From IMG/VR virus record IMGVR_UViG_3300025759_000085, positions 2,402-66,401 of that record: DNA of 64,000 nt; one strand, given 5' to 3'. Source of the stretch: a virus. Positions 54,588-63,929 of the stretch are shown here, one piece after another. Under the pieces are notes generated by a model. The model saw nothing but the letters and a program-made list of their open reading frames with translations. It made no database searches and was not told the origin of the DNA. Numbering within the stretch: the stretch's first letter is position 1; each line of letters starts with the position of its first letter. Both the position numbers and the translations under genes were made by a program.

Positions 54588-57044
54588 ATGGCTATTGAGA
54601 AAAGTTTGATGACGGAAGCTCCGCAAGGCGAAGATCTAAACAAAGAAGAAGGTTTAGAGATAGAAATTGTAAACCCTGACGCAGTTATATTAGATGACGG
54701 CAGCGCAGAGATAATCCTCATGCCGGGGGATGAAGCCGATGAAATGATGGATTTTGACGGTAATCTAGTTGATATGCTAGATGACAGAGAGCAGCAAATC
54801 CTAACTGATGAACTAATAGGGTTAGTAGAATCCGACATACAGAGCCGTAAGGACTGGGCTGATACTTATGTAAAAGGACTGGACATCCTTGGATTTAAGT
54901 ATGAGGAGCGTACCGCACCGTGGGAAGGAGCTTGCGGGGTACACTCTACTGTATTGGCAGAAGCAGCTATTAGATTCCAAGCAGAAGCTATGGCAGAGAC
55001 ATTTCCTGCACAAGGCCCAGTAAAAGTAAAACTTCTAGGTAAAGAAACAAAAGAGAAAGAAGAAGCAGGTGAACGCGTACGTGCGGACATGAACTACGAG
55101 TTAACAGATCGTATGGTGGAGTATCGTCCTGAACATGAGCGTATGTTATATAGCCTAGGACTTGCAGGATCGGCGTTTAAGAAGGTTTACTTCGACCCTA
55201 ACCTAGATCGCCAATGCGCTATCTATATCCCAGCAGAAGACGTTATAGTGCCTTATGGAGCGTCTAACATAGAAGAAGCAGAACGTGTTACTCATGTAAT
55301 GCGTAAGACTAAGAATGAAGTGCGTAGACTACAGGCAAATGGGTTCTATGCAGACAAGGATATGGACGACCCAGCACCATATCAAACTGATATTGAAGAG
55401 CGTAAAGCTGAAGAAGCTGGCTTTGAGATGAATAGCGATGATCGCTATACCTTGTATGAGATTCACGCAAACCTAGTTATTGATGGTATTGATGACGAAG
55501 AAGACCTAGCTAAACCATACGTGGTTACTCTAGAGCGTAGTACAGGCGAATTACTATCTATTAGACGTAATTATGAAGAGGGTGATGAGTTAGAACGTAA
55601 GCGTCAACATTTTGTACATTACGTATATGTGCCCGGATTTGGCTTCTACGGCCTTGGGCTGATACATATAATAGGTGGGTACGCTAAAGCAGGAACGTCG
55701 CTTATACGTCAATTGGTGGACGCTGGTACACTATCTAACCTTCCGGGCGGTCTAAAATCACGTGGTTTACGCATCAAAGGTGATGATGAGCCTATCGAGC
55801 CGGGTGAGTTTAAAGACGTAGATGTACCATCAGGTAGCATACGTGACAACATCATGCCGCTACCATATAAAGAGCCTAGCCAAACTCTACTAGCGTTACT
55901 TAATCAGATTACTACAGAAGGCCGTAGACTAGGTGCAGTAGCTGATATGGACATCTCTGATATGTCTGCGAACGCGCCAGTTGGTACTACACTAGCTTTA
56001 TTAGAGCGTACATTGAAGCCTATGGCTGCTGTACAGGCTCGTGTGCACTATGCGATGAAGTTAGAGTTCCGTATGTTGAAAGACATCATGGCAGAGAATG
56101 CGCCAGATGAATATGGATATGAGCCACATAGAGGTGAGATGACTGCTCGTAGACAAGACTATGAGATGGTCGAGGTGATACCAGTAAGTGACCCTAATAG
56201 TACGACTATGGCACAGCGTGTAGTTCAGTATCAGACTGTATTGCAGATGTCACAGCAAGCTCCACAGATTTATAACCTACCCCAGTTACACCGTCAGATG
56301 ATTGAGGTGTTGGGTGTGAAAAACGCGGACAAGTTGGTACCTACGAAAGACGATGTAAAACCAACAGATCCGATCAGCGAGAACATGAACGCGCTAACGG
56401 GTACTCCTATAAAAGCGTTCTTGAATCAAGACCACGAAGCCCACATTGCTACGCATACTGCGTTCTTACAAGATCCTATGGTCGGTGGCACATTGGGTAA
56501 AAACCCTGCAGCGCAGCAGATGATGCAAGCGTTACAGGCGCATATAGCAGAACACGTTGGATTCCGTTACAGAGCACAACTAGAGAAGAAACTAGGTGCA
56601 CCGTTGCCACTACCAAACGAAGAGCTAGTACCAGAGATAGAAGTAGAACTATCGCGTCTGGCTATGGAAGCAGGTCAACAGCAATCAGCGCAGAACCAAC
56701 AGCAAGCAGCAGCGCAGCAAGCGCAAGCTAAAGCACAAGATCCTATCATCCAACTCAAGCAACAAGAGATGCAAATCAAGCAACAAGAAGTGCAACTCAA
56801 AGCGCAGAAAGACCAGCTTGAGGCTCAGATCAAACAAGCTGAGGTACAACGTAAAACTCAGAAAGATCAGATGGATGCCCAAATTGATTTACAACAACTG
56901 GATATTGAACGTCAGGAGTTGGAGATTGATGCCCAGAAAGCGGGTGCGAAACTGGCGGCAGATAGACGTACCGCTAACACTAAACTAGATCTAGACCTGA
57001 TGAAGGCTAGAACTGATGCGATGAATAAACAACGTAAGGAATAA
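54588..57044 (+). CDS. portal protein (P22-like, long Q-rich C-terminal barrel)
   Basis: Follows TerL; GSAFKKVYFD, PG.GFYGLGL; C-terminal coiled coil. Confidence 0.85.
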   Translation: MAIEKSLMTEAPQGEDLNKEEGLEIEIVNPDAVILDDGSAEIILMPGDEADEMMDFDGNLVDMLDDREQQILTDELIGLVESDIQSRKDWADTYVKGLDILGFKYEERTAPWEGACGVHSTVLAEAAIRFQAEAMAETFPAQGPVKVKLLGKETKEKEEAGERVRADMNYELTDRMVEYRPEHERMLYSLGLAGSAFKKVYFDPNLDRQCAIYIPAEDVIVPYGASNIEEAERVTHVMRKTKNEVRRLQANGFYADKDMDDPAPYQTDIEERKAEEAGFEMNSDDRYTLYEIHANLVIDGIDDEEDLAKPYVVTLERSTGELLSIRRNYEEGDELERKRQHFVHYVYVPGFGFYGLGLIHIIGGYAKAGTSLIRQLVDAGTLSNLPGGLKSRGLRIKGDDEPIEPGEFKDVDVPSGSIRDNIMPLPYKEPSQTLLALLNQITTEGRRLGAVADMDISDMSANAPVGTTLALLERTLKPMAAVQARVHYAMKLEFRMLKDIMAENAPDEYGYEPHRGEMTARRQDYEMVEVIPVSDPNSTTMAQRVVQYQTVLQMSQQAPQIYNLPQLHRQMIEVLGVKNADKLVPTKDDVKPTDPISENMNALTGTPIKAFLNQDHEAHIATHTAFLQDPMVGGTLGKNPAAQQMMQALQAHIAEHVGFRYRAQLEKKLGAPLPLPNEELVPEIEVELSRLAMEAGQQQSAQNQQQAAAQQAQAKAQDPIIQLKQQEMQIKQQEVQLKAQKDQLEAQIKQAEVQRKTQKDQMDAQIDLQQLDIERQELEIDAQKAGAKLAADRRTANTKLDLDLMKARTDAMNKQRKE

Positions 57045-57047
57045 CTT

Positions 57048-57242
57048 ATGGCTACTACCGTCTTAGACGTGCTTATGGAGAAGATAGATGATGGTGTTAA
57101 AAACACTGAATACTATCTTGCTGCAGGTAATGCCAAAGACTACGCCCAGTACAAAGAAACTGTAGGTGTAATCCGAGGCCTAAAATCTGCAAAAGACTTT
57201 ATTGCAGAAATGCAAACACATTTGGAGGACGATGATGAGTGA
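57048..57242 (+). CDS. small head-cluster protein
   Basis: G.A.DY..YK..VG.IRGL pattern between the portal and GroES genes. Confidence 0.65.
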   Translation: MATTVLDVLMEKIDDGVKNTEYYLAAGNAKDYAQYKETVGVIRGLKSAKDFIAEMQTHLEDDDE

Positions 57243-57621
57243 TTTAAAAATTGTCCCTAAAGAAGCAGAAAGCCCAGAAGAACTAGAAAATCAAATCCCT
57301 TCACCGGTAGGTTATAGAGTGCTTATTGCTCTACCTGAAGTGGAAGAGACTTATGGTGAATCTGGAATTATTAAGTCTGCAAAAGAGCAAAACCTTGAAC
57401 ACATCATGTCTATTATTGGACTTGTCGTTGATATGGGTGACGAAGCGTACTCAGACAAAGAAAGGTTCCCTCATGGGCCGTGGTGTAAAGAAGGCGATTA
57501 TGTAATGTTCCGTGCTAATTCTGGCACGCGATTTAAAATAGGTGGTGCTGAGTTTAGATTGATGAATGACGATTCAATCGAGGCAGTAGTACCCGATCCC
57601 CGTGGTGTAACACGAGCGTAA
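57202..57621 (+). CDS. groES: GroES-like co-chaperonin (start probably at about 57235)
   Basis: P.GYRVLI...SGII...GLVV.MG...WCKEGDYV.F...G......FRLMNDD.I.AVV. Confidence 0.8.
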   Translation: MQKCKHIWRTMMSDLKIVPKEAESPEELENQIPSPVGYRVLIALPEVEETYGESGIIKSAKEQNLEHIMSIIGLVVDMGDEAYSDKERFPHGPWCKEGDYVMFRANSGTRFKIGGAEFRLMNDDSIEAVVPDPRGVTRA

Positions 57622-57631
57622 GGAGATAGAG

Positions 57632-58642
57632 ATGGGTTTTCAAAAAGTTGAGTTTGAGTTTCCTGATGATAAGGAAGAGAAAGGCCTCGAAGTCGAGGAT
57701 ACTAGTGCAGTAGAAATTGATCTGTCTGGAAAGAAGACAGAAGAAGATTATAAAGAGTCAGAGCCAGAGCCAGAGGTTGAGGCTAAAGAAGACGTTGAAA
57801 TAGAGGTTGTAGACGACACCCCTAAAGCTGACCGCAAGCGCAAGGCTTCTGAACCACCTGAAGACGTTACGGAGGAAGAGTTAGAAAATTACTCTGAAAA
57901 AGTACGTAAGCGTATTCAGCATTTTAGCAAGGGCTACCATGACGAGCGTAGAGCGAAAGAAACAGCCGAGCGCGAACGCAAAGAGCTTGAGCGATATGCT
58001 AAACAGTTAGCAGATGAGAACAAAGCACTGCAAGTTGCAAAAACTAAGAGTCAGCAAGCGTTACTTGAACAGTCTAAAAAACAGGCTGAAAAAGACGTTA
58101 ATGTAGCTAAATTTGCATACAAAAGAGCGTATGATGCTGGCGACTCTGAAAAAGTATTAGATGCACAGGAGAAGTTGACTGACGCTAAGATGAAACTTAG
58201 TAAGTTACAAGAAGTCGATATACCTTTACAAGAGGAAGAAACTCCTGTACAAAGTGAACAAAGGGCAGCACAACCTGACGTAAAAGCTGAAAACTGGGCA
58301 AAAGAGAACACTTGGTTTGGCTCCGACGAGGAAATGACTGCTTATGCTATGGGTGTACACAATAAGATTGTTAAAGACGGTGTAGATCCTAGTAGTGATG
58401 AATACTACGAGAAAATTAACTCTCGTATGCGTTCTACCTTTTCAGATTATTTTGGAGAGGATGAACCCCAAACAGAGCAAGAAACTAAGAAGCGAAAGTC
58501 TAATGTGGTCGCTCCCGCATCGCGGAGCACGTCGCCCAAGAAGGTGACATTAACGCGGACACAAGTAGCTATCGCTAAGAAATTAGGAGTACCGCTTGAA
58601 CTATACGCCAAAAAGGTTGCTGAAGAGATGAGGAAAGTGTAA
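57632..58642 (+). CDS. capsid scaffolding protein (probable)
   Basis: Acidic N-terminus, coiled coil, W...N.WFG, and C-terminal VTLT..QVAIAKKLGV..E.YA. Confidence 0.7.
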   Translation: MGFQKVEFEFPDDKEEKGLEVEDTSAVEIDLSGKKTEEDYKESEPEPEVEAKEDVEIEVVDDTPKADRKRKASEPPEDVTEEELENYSEKVRKRIQHFSKGYHDERRAKETAERERKELERYAKQLADENKALQVAKTKSQQALLEQSKKQAEKDVNVAKFAYKRAYDAGDSEKVLDAQEKLTDAKMKLSKLQEVDIPLQEEETPVQSEQRAAQPDVKAENWAKENTWFGSDEEMTAYAMGVHNKIVKDGVDPSSDEYYEKINSRMRSTFSDYFGEDEPQTEQETKKRKSNVVAPASRSTSPKKVTLTRTQVAIAKKLGVPLELYAKKVAEEMRKV

Positions 58643-59097
58643 TGGCTGAGAATAAACTAAACCGTACAGATCGTGAGTTAGAAACTCGAGAAGTTACAAA
58701 ACGTAAAACTACATGGAAACGTCCAGATGTTTTACCAAGTCCAACGCCCGAAGAAGGGTATGCGTACAGATGGATTAGGGTAACTTCGGTTGGTCAAACC
58801 GATGCTATGAACGTCTCATCAAAATTAAGAGAAGGTTGGGAGCCAGTAAAAGCGGCAGATCATCCAGAAATCACTGTAGTAGCAGTAGAACACGATAAGT
58901 TCGCTGACAACATTGTGATTGGTGGTTTGATGCTATGTAAGGCTCCAGTCGAGCTTGCTGAAGATCGTAACGCTTATTATAACAATCAAGCGCAACAACA
59001 GATGCACGCTGTAGACAACAACCTTATGAGGGAAAATGATCCTAGAATGCCTCTGTTTAACGACAGAAAGTCTAAGGTCACTTTCGGTAAAGGTTAA
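58642..59097 (+). CDS. conserved head-cluster protein
   Basis: P...GY.YRWIR...N....REGWEPV...IGGLMLCK.P; lies between scaffold and capsid genes. Confidence 0.65.
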   Translation: MAENKLNRTDRELETREVTKRKTTWKRPDVLPSPTPEEGYAYRWIRVTSVGQTDAMNVSSKLREGWEPVKAADHPEITVVAVEHDKFADNIVIGGLMLCKAPVELAEDRNAYYNNQAQQQMHAVDNNLMRENDPRMPLFNDRKSKVTFGKG

Positions 59098-59119
59098 ATT
59101 TTTTTATTAGGAGTTTAAG

Positions 59120-59737
59120 ATGGCTTATCCAACTCTTGATTCTGCGTACGGGTTCAAACCAATCAACTTGACTGGTGGTACTTCTTTCGCAGGATCTACT
59201 CGTAGGATCCCCATTGATAGTGCTTACAGCACTAAAATGTACAATGGTGATCTTGTAACAATAGCTGCAAACGGTACAGCTACAAAAATTACCGGTGAGA
59301 CTGGTGTAAAAATCGCAGGTGTTTTCCTTGGTTGTGAATACACAAATGCAAACAGTCAACTAGAGTTCGATCAAATGTATCCGGGAACTAGTGTGTCTAA
59401 CGCGTTTGCTGTTGTTATGGACAACCCTTCGATACTTTGTAAAGTTGCTCTTGTTGACACTGCTGGTGCTATTGATGATGATGTTGCCCTACGCACTGTT
59501 GTAGGTTCTAACGCTAAAATCGAACAGGCATTAACTGCTGATGCGTCTCAAGACACAACTAAAAACTCAAAAATTGGGCTAGATATTGCTAACACAGCTA
59601 CAACCAATAGCTTCCCACTTCGTATCATTGATCTTGTTGAAGACACAAAAGTTGCAAATGCGGATGGTAATTCGTATTACGTAGAAGCTATTGTTAGATT
59701 TAACACGCATCAGTATACCGATGCTACTGGCGTTTAA
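59120..59737 (+). CDS. capsid decoration/cement protein (probable)
   Basis: Beta-rich; YGFKP...GD.V...GVFLGCEY; immediately before the MCP. Confidence 0.55.
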   Translation: MAYPTLDSAYGFKPINLTGGTSFAGSTRRIPIDSAYSTKMYNGDLVTIAANGTATKITGETGVKIAGVFLGCEYTNANSQLEFDQMYPGTSVSNAFAVVMDNPSILCKVALVDTAGAIDDDVALRTVVGSNAKIEQALTADASQDTTKNSKIGLDIANTATTNSFPLRIIDLVEDTKVANADGNSYYVEAIVRFNTHQYTDATGV

Positions 59738-59749
59738 GGAGAGTAATCA

Positions 59750-60658
59750 ATGGCTATTTCAAGATCACAACTGTTAAAAGAGCTACTCCCCGGACTAAAC
59801 GCTTTGTTTGGCTTAGAGTACGCTAAGTATGGTGAAGAGCACAAAGAGATCTACGAACAAGAGACCTCTGACCGTTCTTTTGAAGAAGAAACTAAATTGT
59901 CAGGCTTCGGTGCTGCTCCTGTTAAGCAGGAAGGTGGCGCTATTGAGTATGACGCAGCGCAAGAAGCGTTCACTGCACGCTACACGCACGAAACTGTTGC
60001 TATGGGCTTCGCATTGACTGAAGAAGCAATCGAAGATAACTTGTATGACTCTTTGTCAGCTCGTTATACCAAAGCACTAGCTCGCGCTATGGCGTACACA
60101 AAGCAAGTTAAAGGTGCATCTATCCTTAACAACGCTTTCGCTTCTGGTACTACTTACGGTGACGGTAAATCTCTATGTGCTACTGACCACCCATTAGTAT
60201 CTGGCGGTACTAACTCAAACCGTCCTTCTGTTGCAACTGACCTTAACGAGACTTCTCTTGAAGCACACGTTATTCAGATTGCTAACTGGACTGATGAGCG
60301 CGGTCTTCTTATTGCTGCACAGCCTAAGAAGCTAATCATCCCACCAAACCTACAGTTCGTAGCGACTCGTTTGCTTGAAACTGAAGGTCGTGTGGGTACT
60401 GCTGACAACGACGTTAATGCTCTGGCGAACAATGGTTCGATCCCGGGTGGTTACGCAATCAATCACTATCTAACAGATACTGATGCGTATTTCTTGACCA
60501 CTGATATTCCAAACGGATTGAAGCACTTCGTTCGTGCCCCAATGGCTACATCTATGGATGCAGACTTTGATACAGGCAACAGCCGTTATAAGGCTCGTGA
60601 GCGTTACTCGTTCGGTGTATCTGACCCATTGGCGATCTTCGGATCTCCGGGCGCATAA
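59750..60658 (+). CDS. major capsid protein (HK97 fold, Mu gpT-like family)
   Basis: MAISRSQLLKELLPGLNALFG, S.RSFEEE, EEAIEDNLY and YKARERYSFG; strong RBS; followed by a terminator. Confidence 0.9.
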   Translation: MAISRSQLLKELLPGLNALFGLEYAKYGEEHKEIYEQETSDRSFEEETKLSGFGAAPVKQEGGAIEYDAAQEAFTARYTHETVAMGFALTEEAIEDNLYDSLSARYTKALARAMAYTKQVKGASILNNAFASGTTYGDGKSLCATDHPLVSGGTNSNRPSVATDLNETSLEAHVIQIANWTDERGLLIAAQPKKLIIPPNLQFVATRLLETEGRVGTADNDVNALANNGSIPGGYAINHYLTDTDAYFLTTDIPNGLKHFVRAPMATSMDADFDTGNSRYKARERYSFGVSDPLAIFGSPGA

Positions 60659-60674
60659 TCTGCGTTGGGTTACT

Positions 60675-60698
60675 AAGGGAGCTTCGGCTCCCTTTTTT
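60675..60698 (+). terminator. intrinsic terminator after the MCP gene
   Basis: AAGGGAGC-TTCG-GCTCCCTT followed by Ts. Confidence 0.9.
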
Positions 60699-60734
60699 AT
60701 TGTCTTTTATATTTTACTGTGATAAGTTATGACA

Positions 60735-60813
60735 AACCGGGAAAATTTATCGGTGGACTTGACAGCCCCGGCTGACGACATGTAGACAAGTTCACTTTAA
60801 CTCACATGTGAGG
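60735..60813 (+). ncRNA. pseudoknotted RNA element downstream of the MCP gene, resembling the Mu-gpT-DE motif
   Basis: Crossed pairings CCGGG/CCCGG, GTGGACTTG/CAAGTTCAC and ACATGT/ACATGT; position after a Mu-gpT-like capsid gene. Confidence 0.5.
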
Positions 60814-60823
60814 CTCATATAAA

Positions 60824-61288
60824 ATGGCTACTACTACATTTTCAGGCCCAGTCGTATCTACGAACGGGTTTACATCACAATCAATTCTTACTCCTGTTGT
60901 TCTTGCTGACGGGAACATTACTATCACTAAAGCTACTCATGGTGGTCGTGTTAACCTAGTTCCAGACGGCGGACAAGATAACACTTACACTTTACCTGCT
61001 CCAGAAGCTGGCGTTGCTTATACGTTTGTTTATGGTGGTGGCGCAGCAGATGCTACTGACGCTATCTTCGTAACTCCGGGCAACACTAACTTCTACAAAG
61101 GTGGTGTAACTTTCCTTGATACTGACAACGAAGTTAGCGCAGTGTTTTCTGATGGTAACTCTAATAGCTCATTTAAAGCTAATGTACCAGCGGGTTTCCA
61201 AATTACTTTCATTGGTTTGGATAGCACTAACTATCAAATTTTCGGTACTGTAACTGGCGCTACTGCTCCTGCATTTGCTGACCAATAA
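60824..61288 (+). CDS. virion structural protein (head fibre/decoration-like)
   Basis: MATTTFSGPV.S.NGF N-terminus; TLPA..G..YTF beta-domain. Confidence 0.6.
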   Translation: MATTTFSGPVVSTNGFTSQSILTPVVLADGNITITKATHGGRVNLVPDGGQDNTYTLPAPEAGVAYTFVYGGGAADATDAIFVTPGNTNFYKGGVTFLDTDNEVSAVFSDGNSNSSFKANVPAGFQITFIGLDSTNYQIFGTVTGATAPAFADQ

Positions 61289-61300
61289 TAGGAGGTTGAC

Positions 61301-61603
61301 ATGAGTCACTCTTCTGATATTAAAGCTAAGAAGTTACTCCAAGCGAATAGTGGGGCGCTAGGTATAGGCCCAGCCCGTATACGTCAATTACAAGTTCTCA
61401 CTCATGCAGATGGTGGTTCTGACACTTACACTGTTGTAATTAAAGATGGTGGTTCTGGTGGCGAAACTATTCTTGATATGCAAGTTGATAACGTAAAAGA
61501 CATATACCACGTAAACATACCTGCAGACGGCATACGTTCTGTAGCTGACCCTCACGTTACGTTGGGTACAGGTATTGTTCAAGTAGTGGTGTTCTATGCG
61601 TAA
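61301..61603 (+). CDS. small beta-rich virion protein
   Basis: AGGAGG RBS; GPARIR...IP.DGI...VFY pattern. Confidence 0.6.
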   Translation: MSHSSDIKAKKLLQANSGALGIGPARIRQLQVLTHADGGSDTYTVVIKDGGSGGETILDMQVDNVKDIYHVNIPADGIRSVADPHVTLGTGIVQVVVFYA

Positions 61604-61922
61604 CGATTACGGAGTCTGCTACAAGTACAAGAAAGGCGGTAAAGTTGGTACCGGCATGAAAGGTATGAGCCAGAAAAGTGGGGACAAGCGCCCCACTAAA
61701 TCTGGTGCTGGTATGACTGCTAAAGGTGTTGCGAAGTACAGACGAAATAACCCCGGTAGTAAATTACAAACTGCAGTGACAGAGAAGAAGCCAACTGGAA
61801 AGAGAGCGTCTAGACGTAAGTCATACTGTGCACGTTCTGCTGGACAGATGAAGCAATTCCCAAAAGCTGCAAAAGATCCAAATTCACGTTTAAGACAAGC
61901 GCGTAAGCGCTGGAGGTGTTAG
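61596..61922 (+). CDS. small basic internal head protein (DUF6321-like)
   Basis: GMTAKGVAKYRR.NPGSKL.TAVT...RRKSYCARS...DPNSRL..ARKRW.C. Confidence 0.7.
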   Translation: MRNDYGVCYKYKKGGKVGTGMKGMSQKSGDKRPTKSGAGMTAKGVAKYRRNNPGSKLQTAVTEKKPTGKRASRRKSYCARSAGQMKQFPKAAKDPNSRLRQARKRWRC

Positions 61923-61925
61923 AAA

Positions 61926-62459
61926 ATGCCAAATGTAGGCGGAAAGAAATTCCCTTATACCAAACAAGGTATGAAAGACGCTGAAGAAGCGAAAGATAAG
62001 ATGGGCTACAAAAAAGGTGGCGATGTCAAAAAGAAAACTGCTAAGAAAAAGAAAGCCAAAAAGAAGCCAATGAAAATGATGGCTGATGATGGTGGTTCTA
62101 TTACGGGTAAAATGAACCCCAAGAGAAAGAAAGTATTAGATGCTATCGAGGCTAACAATAGTAAGCCTACCCCATCTATGAACAATACTAGTGCTCCTAA
62201 GCCACCAACTCCACCACAAGTTGCTATGGGTGGTGCTGCGGGTGCTGCTGCGGGCGGCGCTATGGGTGCTTCTAAGCCTCCAATGGGTGGTGGCGCTGCT
62301 GCTATGGGCGGTGCTGCTGGTGGTATGGGTATGCCTCCTAAGAAGCCACCTATGCCGGGCATGAAGAAAGGCGGTAAGGTTAAGAAGTACAAGTCTGGCG
62401 GTAAGGTTCGCGGTGCGGGTATTGCCAAGAAAGGCGTTAAAAAGTGTAAGATGCGGTAA
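61926..62459 (+). CDS. Lys/Gly/Met-rich basic protein with repeated KKGG motifs
   Basis: Low complexity; YKKGGDV, MKKGGKV, YKSGGKV. Confidence 0.65.
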   Translation: MPNVGGKKFPYTKQGMKDAEEAKDKMGYKKGGDVKKKTAKKKKAKKKPMKMMADDGGSITGKMNPKRKKVLDAIEANNSKPTPSMNNTSAPKPPTPPQVAMGGAAGAAAGGAMGASKPPMGGGAAAMGGAAGGMGMPPKKPPMPGMKKGGKVKKYKSGGKVRGAGIAKKGVKKCKMR

Positions 62460-62599
62460 TGCGTAGATACTACAAAAAAGGTGGTTCCGTAAAGGACGCA
62501 TGCTACCATAAGGTTAAGGCTAGCTATAAGGTCTTTCCTTCTGCGTATGCGTCTGGCGCTATTGCTAAATGCCGTAAGAAGAAAGCGGGTAAAAAGTAA
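62459..62599 (+). CDS. 46-aa basic protein MRRYYKKGGSVKDACYHKVKASYKVFPSAYASGAIAKCRKKKAGKK (not in the ORF track)
   Basis: TAATG overlaps at both ends; the DACY.KVK..Y.V.PSAYASGA..KCRK motif is recalled from marine phage head proteins. Confidence 0.75.
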   Translation: MRRYYKKGGSVKDACYHKVKASYKVFPSAYASGAIAKCRKKKAGKK

Positions 62600-62901
62600 T
62601 GCGTAGGTACTACAAGTCTGGGGGCGGCATCCGAAAAACAGAAAAGGGTGCTGCTCTAAAGCGTTGGTTCAAAGAAGATTGGAAAGACGTTAGTACAGGC
62701 AAACCTTGTGGTAGAAAGAAAGGCGATGGACGCGGTACACCATACTGTCGTCCTAGCAAACGTGTATCTTCTAAGACTCCTAAAACGTCAGGCGAAATGT
62801 CTAGTTCAGAGAAGGCTAAGAAGGTAAGAGAAAAGAAAAGTTTAGGACAACCTGCAGGTGCTCCACGCAGAGTCAAGTCACTAAAACGTAGAGGTAAGTA
62901 A
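62599..62901 (+). CDS. small basic internal head protein
   Basis: LKRWFKE.W.DV..GKPCGR....PYCRP..RVS.KTP.T..E. Confidence 0.7.
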   Translation: MRRYYKSGGGIRKTEKGAALKRWFKEDWKDVSTGKPCGRKKGDGRGTPYCRPSKRVSSKTPKTSGEMSSSEKAKKVREKKSLGQPAGAPRRVKSLKRRGK

Positions 62902-63587
62902 TGGCTACATCAGGTACTTCATCATTTAACATGGACTTCCCAGAGATTGCTGAGGAAGCATGGGAGCGTGCTGGGCGTGAGATGCGTTCTGGTTATGACC
63001 TAAGAACAGCTAGAAGATCTATGAACTTGCTTACTATTGAGTGGGCAAATCGTGGTATTAATCTGTGGACTATACGAGAAGCGACAATATCTTTAACAAA
63101 AGGCACTATAGCGTATGGTTTGAGCACTAACGCTATAGATGCTTTAGAAGTAAACTTGCGTACAGATGATGGGGCGCAAGCTAAACAAAGAGATCTCCCC
63201 TTAACACGTACCAGTGCGAGTGTCTACGCGGGTATTCCTAACAAGTTAACACAAGGTAGACCAACACAGGTTTGGGTTGACAGACAGAAATCTAATCCCG
63301 TTGCCCGCGTATGGCCTGTACCAGATAAAGATACATACAAAATAAATTATTGGTACCTAATACGCATAGAAGATGCAGGTGAAGGTAGCTATGACGCTGA
63401 TATGCCATTTAGATTCTTACCTTGTCTAGTGGCTGGTTTAGCGTATTACATTGCTATGAAGACTCCCGAATTGTCTGATAGAGTAGTAATGTTAAAACAG
63501 ATTTATGATGAGCAGTTCCAGTTAGCTGCTGATGAAGATAGAGAGAAAGTTGCGGCTAGATTTGTACCACGTATTGGGTACCCATAA
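62901..63587 (+). CDS. head-tail adaptor / tail tubular protein A-like
   Basis: EEAWERAG...GYDLRTARRS.NL...EWANRGINLWT, GRP.Q, WPVPD, P.RFLPCLVAGLAY. Confidence 0.7.
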   Translation: MATSGTSSFNMDFPEIAEEAWERAGREMRSGYDLRTARRSMNLLTIEWANRGINLWTIREATISLTKGTIAYGLSTNAIDALEVNLRTDDGAQAKQRDLPLTRTSASVYAGIPNKLTQGRPTQVWVDRQKSNPVARVWPVPDKDTYKINYWYLIRIEDAGEGSYDADMPFRFLPCLVAGLAYYIAMKTPELSDRVVMLKQIYDEQFQLAADEDREKVAARFVPRIGYP

Positions 63588-63928
63588 TGAGAAAGTTTGC
63601 TACTGGCAAGAAAGCGTTTGGCTTCTGTGATATATGTGGGTTTCGTGAAAAGTTACGAGACATGAAAGAAGTCGTAGTTAAACGTCAGGGCACAGGTTTA
63701 TTGGCTTGTAAGTCGTGCTGGGACAAAGATCATCCACAAAACTTTCAGGGTGAGTATCCAGTCAATGATCCAGAGGCGTTACGCAACCCACGCCCAGATC
63801 GAAGTTTAAGTGCAGACTCTGCTGATACCAGTAGTCGAGCAGTAGATTGGGGTTGGAATCCAGTAGGTACAGGGCCTAACACATTAATAGAAATTAAAGC
63901 GGGCACAGTTACGGTGACGGTAGAATAA
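63587..63928 (+). CDS. small zinc-finger-like neck-region protein
   Basis: CDICG...C..CWD..HPQ...DP.ALRNPRPD. Confidence 0.65.
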   Translation: MRKFATGKKAFGFCDICGFREKLRDMKEVVVKRQGTGLLACKSCWDKDHPQNFQGEYPVNDPEALRNPRPDRSLSADSADTSSRAVDWGWNPVGTGPNTLIEIKAGTVTVTVE

Positions 63929-63929
63929 T

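Noticed and set aside
60772-60810. CTGACGA as a hammerhead ribozyme core
   Set aside because: No correctly placed GAAA after the would-be stem II and no stem III/cleavage triplet.
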